This document shows positions 16,860-27,627 of a stretch of DNA of 64,000 nt, one piece after another. The stretch covers positions 849 through 64,848 of the forward strand of contig CANCTD010000001.1 in NCBI GenBank assembly GCA_947380945.1, in the 5' to 3' direction. The notes beneath the pieces are model-generated. The model did not search any database, had not been told where the DNA came from, and worked only from the letters and a program-made list of their open reading frames with translations. The DNA is from Comamonadaceae bacterium. GTDB taxonomy: Bacteria; Pseudomonadota; Gammaproteobacteria; Burkholderiales; Burkholderiaceae_C. Both the position numbers and the translations under genes were made by a program. How positions within the stretch are numbered: position 1 is the stretch's first letter; every line of letters begins with the position of its first letter.

Positions 16860-17933
16860 TCAGGCCTGAAACTGGGACAAAAAGCGGATATCGCCATCGA
16901 AAAACAAGCGCAAATCGTTGACGCCATAACGCAGCATGGTCAAACGGTCGGGACCCATGCCGAAGGCAAAACCGATGTACTTCTCTGGCTCCAACCCCAT
17001 GTTGCGGATCACATTGGGGTGCACCTGACCGGAGCCCGCAACTTCCAGCCAGCGCCCGGCCAGAGGTCCCGTCTGGAACTGGATATCGATCTCGGCGCTG
17101 GGCTCGGTAAACGGGAAGAAGCTGGGCCGAAAGCGCAGCACCAGGTCTTCGCTTTCGAAGAAGGTGCGGCAAAAATTGGTGAACACGTATTTCAGGTCTT
17201 TGAAACTCACGTTCTCGCCCACCCACAGGCCCTCACACTGGTGGAACATGGGGGAATGGGTGGCGTCGCTGTCGACGCGGTAGGTGCGGCCCGGCGCGAT
17301 GACGCGGATCTCGGGCATATCGCCACTGAAAAGCGAACCGGATGCGGCACCGGCCCTGGCGCTGTACTTTTTGACATGCTGCACCGCGTAACGGATTTGC
17401 ATGGGACTGGTATGGGTGCGCAAAAGATTGGGCGCCTGGGCGCTGCCGCCTTCCACATAAAAGGTGTCGTGCATGGACCGTGCCGGATGGTCTTGCGGCG
17501 TATTGAGCGCGGTGAAGTTAAACCAATCCGATTCAATTTCAGGGCCGTCGGCTACGTCAAAGCCCATGGAACTGAAGATCGCTTCAATGCGCTCCAGCGT
17601 CAGTGACACCGGATGCAGCCCACCCTGCCCGCGTTGCCGGCCCGGCAGGGTGACGTCCAGTGCTTCGGCGGCCAACTGTGCATCCAACTCGGCACGTGCC
17701 AGCGCCGCACGGCGCTGCGTCAGGGCGGCTTCAATGGCCTGTTTGGCAACATTGATGGCGGCTCCACGTGACTTTTTTTCCTCCACACTCAAGGCCGCCA
17801 AACCCTTCATGAGCTCGGTCATGCGACCGGTCTTGCCCAGAAAAACGGCTTTGGCATTCTCCAGATCGGCAGGCCCTGGCGCAGCCGCAAAAGCCGATTG
17901 CGCGTCCTGCACAATGGTGTCTAAGTCAGTCAT
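16860..17933 (-). CDS. pheS: Phenylalanine-tRNA ligase alpha subunit
   Basis: [38 protein letters not shown]. Confidence 0.97.
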   Translation of the reverse strand: MTDLDTIVQDAQSAFAAAPGPADLENAKAVFLGKTGRMTELMKGLAALSVEEKKSRGAAINVAKQAIEAALTQRRAALARAELDAQLAAEALDVTLPGRQRGQGGLHPVSLTLERIEAIFSSMGFDVADGPEIESDWFNFTALNTPQDHPARSMHDTFYVEGGSAQAPNLLRTHTSPMQIRYAVQHVKKYSARAGAASGSLFSGDMPEIRVIAPGRTYRVDSDATHSPMFHQCEGLWVGENVSFKDLKYVFTNFCRTFFESEDLVLRFRPSFFPFTEPSAEIDIQFQTGPLAGRWLEVAGSGQVHPNVIRNMGLEPEKYIGFAFGMGPDRLTMLRYGVNDLRLFFDGDIRFLSQFQA

Positions 17934-17961
17934 AGGGTGTGAAAGAGAGGGGTAGGAACGG

Positions 17962-17995
17962 AAAGGGCTAGCGCTCTTTCAAGCCCTAGCCCTTT
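17962..17995 (-). terminator. Hairpin/terminator between rplT and pheS
   Basis: AAAGGGCTAG..CTAGCCCTTT inverted repeat. Confidence 0.55.
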
Positions 17996-18046
17996 TGTGG
18001 CTCAAACAACCCGCCTGCGCTGCAGCAGCGGCAGCGCGGCCGGCTA

Positions 18047-18406
18047 TTAAGCCGCCAAGGCAGCCTTAACCTGGTTGACGATGCCCGCAAAAGCGGCCAT
18101 GTCGTGCACGGCGATATCGCTGAGCACTTTACGGTCGATTTCTATGTGGGACTTCTTCAGGCCGTTGGCAAACTGGCTGTAGGTCATGCCGCACTGACGT
18201 GCCGCCGCGTTGATACGGGCGATCCACAGCTGGCGGAACACGCGCTTTTTGGTACGGCGATCGCGGTAGGCGTATTGCCCCGCCTTCATCACCGCTTCTT
18301 TGGCGATCCGGAAAACATTGCCGCGGCGACCGCGGAAACCTTTGGCAAGGGCGAGAACTTTTTTGTGGCGGGCGCGAGCCGTTACACCACGTTTGACGCG
18401 AGGCAT
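18047..18406 (-). CDS. rplT: 50S ribosomal protein L20
   Basis: [26 protein letters not shown]. Confidence 0.98.
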   Translation of the reverse strand: MPRVKRGVTARARHKKVLALAKGFRGRRGNVFRIAKEAVMKAGQYAYRDRRTKKRVFRQLWIARINAAARQCGMTYSQFANGLKKSHIEIDRKVLSDIAVHDMAAFAGIVNQVKAALAA

Positions 18407-18431
18407 TGTGTTACTCCTTGTTCGTCGTTAA

Positions 18432-18635
18432 TCAAAGGCCACGGCCGGGCAGCATCTGTGCCATACGACCCATGTCGGTCGCGTGCACACCTGTTGGTCC
18501 GCGCAAATGGCGCTTGTTTTTGGTGGTCTTCTTGGTCAGGATGTGACGTTTGAAGGCTTGGCCGCGTTTGACGGTTCCACCGGGACGGACGCGGAAGCGT
18601 TTTTTCGCTGCGCTTTTGGTCTTCATTTTGGGCAT
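18432..18635 (-). CDS. rpmI: 50S ribosomal protein L35
   Basis: [29 protein letters not shown]. Confidence 0.98.
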   Translation of the reverse strand: MPKMKTKSAAKKRFRVRPGGTVKRGQAFKRHILTKKTTKNKRHLRGPTGVHATDMGRMAQMLPGRGL

Positions 18636-18773
18636 TTACATGCTCCTTCTTACATTGTGCTCGTGAGGCGTACGGGAAACTTTCCCGGCCTTGTTGGCCC
18701 CGAGCCACTTGGAGGGTCTGCAAACGCAGCCCCGACTTTTGTCCCGCTTGCGCGGAACGAAACCTTCTCTACC

Positions 18774-19364
18774 TCAACCTGCAGCCGCTTCAGAGGGGGC
18801 TTTTGCCACCGCTGCGGGCTTTCGCTTACCCGGCGCCAGCATCATCACCATCTGGCGGCCTTCGAGCTTGGGAAACTGCTCCACCACAATCAAATCCGCC
18901 AAATCGTCACGCATGCGGTTCAGTAGTGCCATACCAATCTCTTGGTGGGTAATTTCCCGCCCGCGAAAACGCAAGGTAATTTTGCATTTGTCGCCGTCAT
19001 CCAAAAAGCGCTTGATATTGCGCAATTTGATGTTGTAGTCCCCATCATCCGTCCCGGGCCGGAACTTGATTTCCTTGACCTCGATGACTTTCTGCTTGGA
19101 CTTGGCTTCAGCCGCCTTTTTTTGTTCCTGGTACTTCAGCTTTCCGTAATCGATCAAGCGGCAGACAGGTGGATTCGCGGTCGCCGCGATTTCCACCAGG
19201 TCCACATCAAGTTCCCCGGCCATTCGAAGGGCTTCGGTGATGCTCACCACGCCCAAGGGCTCGTTTTCAATGCCCGTCAAACGGACTTCGGAGGCCATGA
19301 TTTCCCGGTTCAACCGGTGCTTGCGTTCTTCGCGCTGACGGCGATCACGAAATTCTGTAGCGAT
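18774..19364 (-). CDS. infC: Translation initiation factor IF-3 (non-canonical ATC start)
   Basis: [27 protein letters not shown]; frame extends to ATC at 19364 after a GAAGGA SD, with an in-frame TGA two codons upstream. Confidence 0.95.
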   Translation of the reverse strand: MATEFRDRRQREERKHRLNREIMASEVRLTGIENEPLGVVSITEALRMAGELDVDLVEIAATANPPVCRLIDYGKLKYQEQKKAAEAKSKQKVIEVKEIKFRPGTDDGDYNIKLRNIKRFLDDGDKCKITLRFRGREITHQEIGMALLNRMRDDLADLIVVEQFPKLEGRQMVMMLAPGKRKPAAVAKAPSEAAAG

Positions 19365-19457
19365 GGTTCAATCCTTCACAAATTCAAATAAATGCAGCTT
19401 GCATGACGCGCTCAGTAACCTCAAACCCTGGGCTGGCGAAAAAATTCGCAGCAGCCC

Positions 19458-21371
19458 TCAGGACGAAGATTTTTCGGCAATATCGTGTTGGAGTTTCTCA
19501 AGAAAGGCCGCTAACGACATGGCACCGAGGTCTTGGCCTCCCCGTGCGCGCACCGCAACTGCTCCTGCTGCCACCTCTTTGTCTCCAACGACTAACAGGT
19601 AGGGCAGCTTTTGCATCGAATGCTCGCGGATTTTATACGTGATTTTCTCGTTGCGCAGGTCCAAATCGACCCTAAGACCTTGATTTTGCAACGTTTTAGC
19701 CACAGAACGTGCGTATTCCGCCTGCGCGTCGGTGATATTGAGCACCGCAACCTGCACTGGCGCGAGCCAGGCCGGCAGTGCGCCGGCACTCTCCTCGATC
19801 AAAATTCCGATAAACCGCTCTAGGCTTCCAACAATGGCGCGGTGCAACATCACAGGCCGGTGGCGGGCGCCGTCTTCGCCTACGTATTCGGCGTCCAAGC
19901 GCTCCGTCATGAAAAAATCGACCTGCATGGTGCCGCACTGCCACTGGCGGCCGATGGCGTCCTTCAGTGTGTATTCGATCTTGGGCCCGTAAAACGCACC
20001 GTCACCAGCTGAGATTTCAAACTCGCAACCCGAAGCCCGCAGGCTTTCCATCAGCGCGTGTTCTGCTTTGTCCCAGCTCTCGTCCGAACCGATGCGCTGC
20101 GCGGGGCGGGTGGCCACCTTGTAAATAATGTTCTTGAAACCGAAGTCGGTGTAGACCTTTTGCAGCAAACTTGTGTAGTTCACGCACTCCTGCAGGATCT
20201 GGTCTTCGGTACAAAAAATGTGGCCGTCGTCCTGGGTAAATCCACGCACCCGCATGATGCCGTGCAAGCCACCCGAGGGCTCATTACGGTGGCAGTTGCC
20301 GAATTCGCCATAGCGCAGCGGCAGGTCGCGGTAGCTTTTGATGCCTTGCTTGAAAATCAGAATATGCCCAGGGCAGTTCATCGGCTTCAAGGCGTATTCG
20401 CGCTTTTCCGACTCGGTGACGAACATGTTTTCGCGGTACTTATCCCAGTGGCCGGTTTTCTCCCACAAGCCCTTGTCGATGATTTGCGGGCCTTTGACTT
20501 CCAGGTAGCCGTTGTCCTGGTAGACGCGGCGCATGTACTGCTCCACGCCCTGCCACAAAGTCCAGCCTTTGGGGTGCCAGAACACCAGGCCAGGGGCATG
20601 GTCGTCTATATGGAACAAATCGAGCTCGCGTCCAAGCTTGCGGTGATCCCGCTTCTCGGCTTCTTCCAGCATGGTCAGGTGCTGCTGCAAATCCTCTTTG
20701 GTCGCCCAGGCAGTGCCGTAAATGCGCTGCAACATCTCGTTGCGGTGGTCGCCGCGCCAATAGGCACCTGCCACTTTCATCAATTTAAAGTGCTTGAGCC
20801 GCCCGGTACTAGGGACATGGGGCCCGCGGCACAGGTCTTCAAAAGCGCCCTCGCGGTACAGGCTGACGTCTTCGCCCGCAGGGATGCTGGCAATGATTTC
20901 GGCCTTGTAATGCTCGCCCAGCCCTTTGAAATACGCAACCGCCTCATCGCGCGGAAGCACCCGCCGGACCACGGGCTCGTCCTTGGCGGCCAACTCGGTC
21001 ATGCGTTTTTCGATAGCGACCAAATCCTCGGGCGTGAACGGGCGGCTGAACGCGAAGTCATAAAAGAAACCATGCTCAATCACCGGGCCGATCGTGACCT
21101 GCGCCTGCGGAAAAAGGTCTTTGACCGCATAGGCGAGCAAGTGGGCAGTCGAATGGCGAATCACTTCCAGCCCGTCGGCGTCCTTTGCCGTGACGATGGA
21201 CAGCGAAGCATCCGACTCGATGCGGTAGCTGGTGTCGACCACATGGGAGTCAAGCTTGCCTGCCAAGGCGGCTTTGGCCAGACCCGCGCCAATGGAAGCC
21301 GCCACCTCCGCCACCGACACCGGGCCGGGAAATGCACGTTGGGAACCGTCTGGCAGGGTGATGTGAATCAT
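19458..21371 (-). CDS. thrS: Threonine-tRNA ligase
   Basis: [40 protein letters not shown]; start set at ATG 21371. Confidence 0.97.
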   Translation of the reverse strand: MIHITLPDGSQRAFPGPVSVAEVAASIGAGLAKAALAGKLDSHVVDTSYRIESDASLSIVTAKDADGLEVIRHSTAHLLAYAVKDLFPQAQVTIGPVIEHGFFYDFAFSRPFTPEDLVAIEKRMTELAAKDEPVVRRVLPRDEAVAYFKGLGEHYKAEIIASIPAGEDVSLYREGAFEDLCRGPHVPSTGRLKHFKLMKVAGAYWRGDHRNEMLQRIYGTAWATKEDLQQHLTMLEEAEKRDHRKLGRELDLFHIDDHAPGLVFWHPKGWTLWQGVEQYMRRVYQDNGYLEVKGPQIIDKGLWEKTGHWDKYRENMFVTESEKREYALKPMNCPGHILIFKQGIKSYRDLPLRYGEFGNCHRNEPSGGLHGIMRVRGFTQDDGHIFCTEDQILQECVNYTSLLQKVYTDFGFKNIIYKVATRPAQRIGSDESWDKAEHALMESLRASGCEFEISAGDGAFYGPKIEYTLKDAIGRQWQCGTMQVDFFMTERLDAEYVGEDGARHRPVMLHRAIVGSLERFIGILIEESAGALPAWLAPVQVAVLNITDAQAEYARSVAKTLQNQGLRVDLDLRNEKITYKIREHSMQKLPYLLVVGDKEVAAGAVAVRARGGQDLGAMSLAAFLEKLQHDIAEKSSS

Positions 21372-21563
21372 GCGGGTATCAATATGGGAATGAATGGGCC
21401 AATCCGCGCCACCAAGGCTGTGGCGCTCGCGGCGCGGCAATGCGATGCCAAGGCGCTGCGGAAAGGCTTGGCATTCTAATCCCGCGTTCGCTGGCGGCCA
21501 CCCGCAAGGATGCACACCAGCCGCAGCGGCAACACGCCCGCGAAGCGGCCGCAGCCGCCTCGC

Positions 21564-22646
21564 TCAAACCGATTTGCTGGCAGCAGCCTGGCGGTTGCGC
21601 GCCAGCCAGGCATCCACACGGGCCACGGTTTGGTCCACGGAGTCCGAATGCCGCCCCCGCTGCGCGGCGACCAGCTTGATTAACAAGTCAATACGCTCGA
21701 CCTGAACCGCTCCGGCAACTAGCGCGCGCGCAGCGGACGAAGGTTTGAGCAAGCCCATGGCCGCCGCCGCGTACTTGTCAAACGGAACCATGTCCTCGGG
21801 AGAGGCTCCCAGGGATTCGCACAGTTCGGCGACCCAGGCGTACACGCTGCGGGACAGTTCCAGATCGCCGTGAACGGCTTGCTGAATAGGCTGCACGGTC
21901 TCGTCCAGCACGCAGCGGTAATTACCGGTAAGCAACATGCTCCATTTGGCCAGCGGCACAAACAGCGAGGCGTGCAATTTGAGCTTGACCGGGATGTCCA
22001 ACACCTGGCCGTCCACGGTCCAGCGGGCCGCTGCGATGTCGGCGTCGAGTTGGGCCAGCATGGCGTTGTGCGCCGGGTTGGCGAACTCGGCTACCTTGAA
22101 ATTCGTCGGCAAACCGACCTGCAAGATGTTGGCTGGCTCATCCGGCGGCCGGAAGGCCTGGGGATCCGGACTGCACAAAGTCATCAAACCCGGCTCAAAC
22201 CCCTCCCAGACTGCAGGCTCCAGAAAAGCGCTGCGCAGGCCTTGCGCATCCAGGCCGGGAATGCGGGCCAGATAGGGTAAAGGCGGCATGTTCATGATGG
22301 ACATGCATGGCACCCGCGCACTGGCGATGGCGTGCATCAACTCCCGTACACCCGATGCGCTGTACTGCGGCTCCTGCATGGCCAGGCACACCAGGTCGTA
22401 GTCAGCGGCCTGGACCTCCTCAGGCGCACGCGCGTCCAAGGTCCCCGGCGTGGCACGCGAATCGATCTCGACCAGGCCGTCGCGGCCCTTGACCGGTATG
22501 CGAACGCGCGTACCCTCACGCCGGATCAGGTCCGCAGTTTGGGCACGGCAGACCAAGGTCACCGCATGGCCAGCCATCAGCAATTTCGTTGCCAGCAGCG
22601 AACCATAGGATGCACCCAGTATCAAAACATGGTACTTTTTTTCCAT
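21564..22646 (-). CDS. Ketopantoate-reductase-like NAD(P)-binding hypothetical protein
   Basis: N-terminal VLILGASYGSLLA Rossmann-like motif; function not assignable. Confidence 0.65.
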   Translation of the reverse strand: MEKKYHVLILGASYGSLLATKLLMAGHAVTLVCRAQTADLIRREGTRVRIPVKGRDGLVEIDSRATPGTLDARAPEEVQAADYDLVCLAMQEPQYSASGVRELMHAIASARVPCMSIMNMPPLPYLARIPGLDAQGLRSAFLEPAVWEGFEPGLMTLCSPDPQAFRPPDEPANILQVGLPTNFKVAEFANPAHNAMLAQLDADIAAARWTVDGQVLDIPVKLKLHASLFVPLAKWSMLLTGNYRCVLDETVQPIQQAVHGDLELSRSVYAWVAELCESLGASPEDMVPFDKYAAAAMGLLKPSSAARALVAGAVQVERIDLLIKLVAAQRGRHSDSVDQTVARVDAWLARNRQAAASKSV

Positions 22647-22686
22647 GAAAAATCCCGCCGCCGCGCGGCGGGCCCCGCTTCAAAAA

Positions 22687-24018
22687 TTAATGGAACTGCT
22701 CTTCTTCGGTCGAGCCACTGAGCGCCTTGACGCTGGACTGGCCACCCTGGATCACGGTGGTGACATCGTCAAAATAGCCGGCACCGACTTCCTGCTGGTG
22801 CGACACAAAAGTGTAGCCCTTGTCGCGCGCAGCAAACTCGGGCTCTTGCACCATGTTCACATAGTGCTTCATGCCCTCGCCATTGGCATAGGCGTGGGCG
22901 AACTGGAAGCTGTTGTACCAGTTGATATGGATGCCGGCCAGGGTGATGAACTGGTACTTGTAGCCCAGTGCCGACAGGTCTTCCTGGAAGGTGGCAATCT
23001 GGCTGTCGTTGAGGTTCTTTTTCCAGTTGAACGAGGGCGAGCAGTTGTAGGACAACAGCTTGCCCGGATGCACCGCATGGATGGCCTGTGCGAATTCACG
23101 GGCAAAACCAATATCCGGCACGCCGGTTTCGCACCACACCAGATCGGCATGGGCCGCGTACGCCACGCCACGGCTGATCGACTGCTCCAGACCGTTGCGC
23201 ACCCGGTAAAAACCTTCGGCGGTGCGCTCGCCGGTCAAAAAGCGCTTGTCATTGGCGTCATGGTCGCTGGTGATCAGGTTGGCTGCCTCGGCGTCGGTAC
23301 GCGCCAGGATGATGGTTGGCACGCCCATCACGTCGGCGGCAAATCGCGCGGCAGCCAGTTTTTCGATGGCTTCCTGCGTGGGGACCAGCACCTTGCCGCC
23401 CATGTGGCCGCACTTTTTCACCGCCGCAAGCTGGTCTTCGAAATGGACGCCGGCCGAGCCTGCGGCAATCATGTTTTTCATCAGCTCAAACGCGTTGAGC
23501 ACACCGCCGAAACCGGCTTCGGCATCGGCCACGATGGGTAGGAAGAAATCGATGTAATCCTTGGTTCCGGGCTCGACGCCGCGTGACCACTGGATTTCAT
23601 CGGCGCGCTTAAATGTGTTGTTGATGCGGCGCACCATTGCGGGCACCGAATCGTAGGCATACAGGGACTGATCCGGGTACATGGTCTCCGAGGTATTGCC
23701 GTCGGCGGCCACCTGCCAACCCGACAAATACACCGCTTCGAGGCCTGCCTTGGCCTGCTGCATGGCCTGACCGGCAGAAATCGCACCAAAGGAATTCACA
23801 TAGCCTTTTTTGGACTCGCCATTAATCAGGCGCCACAGCTTCTCAGCGCCACGCTGCGCCAGGGTGTGCTCGATGTGCACGCTGCCACGCAAGCGCACCA
23901 CGTCGGCGGCGCTGTAGTTGCGGGTAATTCCCTTCCAGCGCGGATTGGAGGCCCAATCCTTTTCAAGCGCCGCAATCTGTTGTTCACGGCTGAGTTGGTT
24001 ATTGATCGCATGTGACAT
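22687..24018 (-). CDS. aceA: Isocitrate lyase
   Basis: [11 protein letters not shown] signature, [27 protein letters not shown]; GGAGA SD before ATG 24018. Confidence 0.97.
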   Translation of the reverse strand: MSHAINNQLSREQQIAALEKDWASNPRWKGITRNYSAADVVRLRGSVHIEHTLAQRGAEKLWRLINGESKKGYVNSFGAISAGQAMQQAKAGLEAVYLSGWQVAADGNTSETMYPDQSLYAYDSVPAMVRRINNTFKRADEIQWSRGVEPGTKDYIDFFLPIVADAEAGFGGVLNAFELMKNMIAAGSAGVHFEDQLAAVKKCGHMGGKVLVPTQEAIEKLAAARFAADVMGVPTIILARTDAEAANLITSDHDANDKRFLTGERTAEGFYRVRNGLEQSISRGVAYAAHADLVWCETGVPDIGFAREFAQAIHAVHPGKLLSYNCSPSFNWKKNLNDSQIATFQEDLSALGYKYQFITLAGIHINWYNSFQFAHAYANGEGMKHYVNMVQEPEFAARDKGYTFVSHQQEVGAGYFDDVTTVIQGGQSSVKALSGSTEEEQFH

Positions 24019-24085
24019 GGTGTTCTCCAAAAGTGGGGTGGCGAGGGGCGTGCGGCCCAAAACCGCAGCGCACGGAGACAGTATA

Positions 24086-24129
24086 GTCTTATATAAGACA
24101 TAAGACACAACTTAACTCTTATATAAGAC
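24086..24129. promoter_or_regulatory. Two palindromic TCTTATATAAGA operator sites upstream of aceA (GntR/SdhR-like)
   Basis: GTCTTATATAAGAC+ATAAGAC 24086-24106 and TCTTATATAAGAC 24117-24129. Confidence 0.65.
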
Positions 24130-24184
24130 TAAAAATAATTGCACCCGGCGGCGGCCCGCCCGGTGGCGACCGGCTCTCTCAGGC

Positions 24185-25171
24185 ATGATGGGCGGGCTCT
24201 ACCCCACAAATTACGCCGTGCACGCCCGCTTCCATCGACCCTTGGCCTTTTTATGTCTGAGCGCCGCCATGGCGCTGGTGGGGTGCTACGTGGCCTTGTG
24301 CAAACCCCTGGTCGCAGCAGTTCCGGTGTTTTTGCTGGGCTGGATGCGTTTCGGCATTGCGGGAATTGCCATGGCAGCGTGGTGGCGCAAGCCCGCCGAT
24401 GAGCCGCCCATGAGCGCCCAGACCCAAAAATTGTTGTTCCTAGAGTCATTTGTTGGGAATTTTTTGTTTTCCCTGTGCATGCTTTTCGGGGTCAGCATGA
24501 CCAGCGCGGTATCGGCCGGATTGATTCTGGCCGCGATCCCGGCGACTGCTGCACTCATGGGCCATCTGGTGCTCGGCGACCGATTGAACGCACGCATAGG
24601 CATGGCGGTTGTGTGCGCCGCAGCGGGCATTGGCCTGTTGGCCCTTTCCAAGTCGCATCCAGAAGGCACTGCAGCAACCCTGGCCGCAGACGCAGCGCGC
24701 AGCCGCGAATGGCTGGGCGACTTGCTGGTGTTCGGTGCCGTGTTATGCGAATCCACCTTTATCGTGATCGGCAAGAAGCTCTCTGCAGGCATAGGCCCCA
24801 AGCGCATAGCCGCGATCATCAACGGCTGGGGCTTTGTGCTGATGACCCCCGCAGGCCTGTATTGGGCCTTGCGCTTTGACTTCAGCACCCTGGATGCCGG
24901 CCTGTGGGCCTTGCTGGTCTTTTATGCGATGGCCGCCAGCGTTTGGATGGTGTGGCTTTGGATGACCGGCATGAAGACCATCCCCGCTGCCGAAGCCGGC
25001 GTGTTCAGCGCCATGCTGCCCATTACGGCAGCAGCCATAGGGGTGCTGGTTTTTGACGAAAGCTGGACGGGTCTGCAAGCTCTGGCTTTCGGACTCGCGC
25101 TGGCCGGGTTGTTGTTGGCGACACTGCCAAACCGCAGCGCGCCTCAGCAGACAACGGGGGAAACCCCATGA
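24185..25171 (+). CDS. DMT/EamA family transporter
   Basis: About ten hydrophobic segments in two EamA-like repeats; start uncertain. Confidence 0.85.
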   Translation: MMGGLYPTNYAVHARFHRPLAFLCLSAAMALVGCYVALCKPLVAAVPVFLLGWMRFGIAGIAMAAWWRKPADEPPMSAQTQKLLFLESFVGNFLFSLCMLFGVSMTSAVSAGLILAAIPATAALMGHLVLGDRLNARIGMAVVCAAAGIGLLALSKSHPEGTAATLAADAARSREWLGDLLVFGAVLCESTFIVIGKKLSAGIGPKRIAAIINGWGFVLMTPAGLYWALRFDFSTLDAGLWALLVFYAMAASVWMVWLWMTGMKTIPAAEAGVFSAMLPITAAAIGVLVFDESWTGLQALAFGLALAGLLLATLPNRSAPQQTTGETP

Positions 25172-25289
25172 TAATTTTTGCCAGATAGGCGGCTTTTCAC
25201 AGGAAAAGCCCTGTTTTCTCAAGTAGCATTCTCCCATCGGGCCCTTTGTTGGCCCGGTGAATGATTAACGAACAAGAAGGAAATCCTTT

Positions 25290-25586
25290 ATGGCAACAGC
25301 AAAGTCAGCACCTGCAAAGAAAGCTGCACCCGCAAAACGCACCGCCAACGCGGCCTTCATGAAGCCCCTGACCCCCAGCGCCGCATTGGCTGCCGTGGTC
25401 GGAGCCAAGCCGCTGCCACGCACCGAAGTCGTGAAAGGTCTGTGGGATTACATCAAGAAGCACAAGCTGCAAGACGCTGCCAACAAGCGCAATATCAACG
25501 CCGATGACAAACTGAAAGCGGTCTTTGGCAAGGCCCAGGTCAGCATGTTCGAAATGGCCGGCCTGATCGGTAAACACCTGAGCTGA
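25290..25586 (+). CDS. Stand-alone SWIB/MDM2 domain protein
   Basis: NAAFMKPLTPSAALAAVVGAKPLPRTEVVKGLWDYIKKHKLQD. Confidence 0.9.
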   Translation: MATAKSAPAKKAAPAKRTANAAFMKPLTPSAALAAVVGAKPLPRTEVVKGLWDYIKKHKLQDAANKRNINADDKLKAVFGKAQVSMFEMAGLIGKHLS

Positions 25587-25594
25587 ATCGGCTC

Positions 25595-25637
25595 CACCAG
25601 AAAAAAGGTCGGTTTTCCCGGCCTTTTTTTTCTGGTG
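25595..25637. terminator. Intrinsic terminator after the SWIB gene
   Basis: CACCAGAAAAAAGGTCGG..CCGGCCTTTTTTTTCTGGTG. Confidence 0.7.
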
Positions 25638-25702
25638 CGCTGTGGTGATGGGTAACAACATGACGACGCCGGCTACGCCCTGATGCGCCTGCGACTGCCA
25701 CG

Positions 25703-26716
25703 ATGCTGAAATTCTTTCTCACGCGACTCGGATTGGTCATCCCGACTTTTTTCGGCATGACCTTGCTGGCATTCGTGTTGATCCGCCTGGTGCCCGGTGA
25801 TCCGATTGAAACCTTGGCCGGTGAACGCGGTATTGATGCCGCACGCCACGCCACGCTCTTACATGCCTATGGCTTGGATCAGCCGCTACCTACGCAATAC
25901 GGCATGTACATCCTGAAGGTCTTGCACGGCGATCTGGGCAAGTCCATCATCACGCAAGCACCGGTGCTGGAAGAATTTTGGGCTTTGTTCCCTGCAACCA
26001 TGGAACTGGCGCTGTGCGCCATGGTGTTTGCGCTTTTGCTGGGTATTCCGGCGGGGATTCTGGCCGCTGTGAAACGCAACTCCGTGTTGGACCATGGGGT
26101 GATGGGTGCCGCGCTGACGGGTTACTCCATGCCGATTTTCTGGTGGGGACTTCTGCTCATCCTGCTGTTTTCGGTGCTGCTTGACTGGACCCCGGTTTCC
26201 GGCCGGATCGCGGTTCTGTACTTTATTGAGCCACGAACCGGCTTCCTGCTCATTGACAGCCTGCTGTCCGACGAGCCCGGCGCATTCCGTTCGGTACTGG
26301 CCCATTTGATACTGCCAACCATTGTGCTGGGAACCAACCCCCTGGCGGTCGTCGCGCGCATGACCCGCTCGGCCATGCTCGAGGTCATGGGCGAGGACTA
26401 TGTGCGCACAGCGCGGGCCAAAGGACTGCCGCCCTGGCGCGTCCTGGGCGTGCATGCGCTGCGCAATGCACTCATCCCCGTGGTGACCGTGATCGGATTG
26501 CAAACCGGCGTGCTGTTTACCGGCGCGATCCTGACCGAAACCATATTCAGCTGGCCCGGTGTTGGGAAATGGCTGATTGAAGCTATCGCCCGCCGCGATT
26601 ACCCGGTCTTGCAGGGCGGCATGCTTTTGCTGGGTGGCGTGGTCATGGGCGTCAACGTGCTGGTGGACGTAACCTATGGCTGGATCAACCCGCGCATACG
26701 GACCGGTTCGGCATGA
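25703..26716 (+). CDS. dppB: Dipeptide ABC transporter permease
   Basis: PGDP, GLDQPL, FPATMEL, EAA-like loop EDYVRTARAKGL, RDYPVLQG. Confidence 0.9.
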   Translation: MLKFFLTRLGLVIPTFFGMTLLAFVLIRLVPGDPIETLAGERGIDAARHATLLHAYGLDQPLPTQYGMYILKVLHGDLGKSIITQAPVLEEFWALFPATMELALCAMVFALLLGIPAGILAAVKRNSVLDHGVMGAALTGYSMPIFWWGLLLILLFSVLLDWTPVSGRIAVLYFIEPRTGFLLIDSLLSDEPGAFRSVLAHLILPTIVLGTNPLAVVARMTRSAMLEVMGEDYVRTARAKGLPPWRVLGVHALRNALIPVVTVIGLQTGVLFTGAILTETIFSWPGVGKWLIEAIARRDYPVLQGGMLLLGGVVMGVNVLVDVTYGWINPRIRTGSA

Positions 26717-27606
26717 CGGGGACTGGTTCTGCAGCCCGCATGGCACCCGAAACCCCGGGCCAGGAGGTATGGCGCGCGCTGTGCGAGAACCGCGGCGCGC
26801 TGCTGGGTTTGGGGGCCATCGTCTTCATCACACTGGTCGCTATGCTCGCACCCTGGCTGGCGCCCTACCACCCCCACCTCACGGACAACACCGTGTTTCT
26901 CTCACCCCCCGCCTGGCAGCAAGGTGGAAGCCTGGCGCATCTGCTGGGCACCGATGCAATCGGCCGCGACATCTTGTCGCGACTGATGCACGGCGCAAGA
27001 CTCTCGCTGTTGATCGGACTGGCGGTGGTGGCGATTTCCATGGTTGCGGGCATGGCGCTGGGGATGCTGGCCGGCTATGTGCGTGGTGTTTTTGAAATGG
27101 CCGTCATGCGGGCCATGGATGTCATTCTGACCCTGCCCAGCCTGCTGCTGGCAATTGTGATCGTGGCCATACTGGGGCCCGGCCTGATGAACGCCATGCT
27201 GGCAGTTGCCATCGTGTGCCTGCCCCACTATGTGCGCATCACCCGGGCCGCCGTGATCGCGGAATCCGGCAAAGACTACGTCATGGCGGCGCGGCTGTCC
27301 GGCGCGGGCAATCTGCGCTTGATGCTGATCGAAATCCTGCCCAACTGCGCTGCGCCCCTCATCGTGCAGGCCTCCCTGGGCATTAGCACCGCGATTCTGG
27401 ACGCTGCGGCTTTGGGTTTTCTGGGACTGGGCGCGCAACCGCCCTCGCCCGAATGGGGAACCATGCTGGCGGATGCGCGTGAATTCGTGGTTCGCGCCTG
27501 GTGGGTCGTCACCTTTCCCGGCCTGGCAATTCTGATCACCGTGCTGGCCTTCAATTTGCTGGGCGACGGGCTGCGCGACGCGCTGGACCCCAAGCTCAAG
27601 CGCTAA
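26713..27606 (+). CDS. dppC: Dipeptide ABC transporter permease
   Basis: LLGTDAIGRDILSRL, LGFLGLGAQPPSPEWG, GDGLRDALDPKLK. Confidence 0.9.
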   Translation: MTGTGSAARMAPETPGQEVWRALCENRGALLGLGAIVFITLVAMLAPWLAPYHPHLTDNTVFLSPPAWQQGGSLAHLLGTDAIGRDILSRLMHGARLSLLIGLAVVAISMVAGMALGMLAGYVRGVFEMAVMRAMDVILTLPSLLLAIVIVAILGPGLMNAMLAVAIVCLPHYVRITRAAVIAESGKDYVMAARLSGAGNLRLMLIEILPNCAAPLIVQASLGISTAILDAAALGFLGLGAQPPSPEWGTMLADAREFVVRAWWVVTFPGLAILITVLAFNLLGDGLRDALDPKLKR

Positions 27607-27627
27607 GCGCCCTCCCAGGACCCCGCC

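Noticed and set aside
20058-21479. Long antisense ORFs here and opposite ppsA (46772-48427), the aminotransferase (38821-40134), the PIN-PhoH gene (41526-42959), clpB and moeA
   Set aside because: Each lies on the opposite strand of a well-supported housekeeping gene; stop-poor shadow frames.
21372-21515. N-terminal extensions in the ORF track (thrS, also aceA, clpB, ppsA, ppsR, thiolase, livG/livM-like, integrase)
   Set aside because: Upstream alternative start codons without family-like sequence; downstream starts with SD sequences or gene overlaps fit better.
25290-25586. Eukaryote-like SWIB domain as a novel acquisition
   Set aside because: Stand-alone SWIB proteins are already known in Proteobacteria; the context is ordinary.
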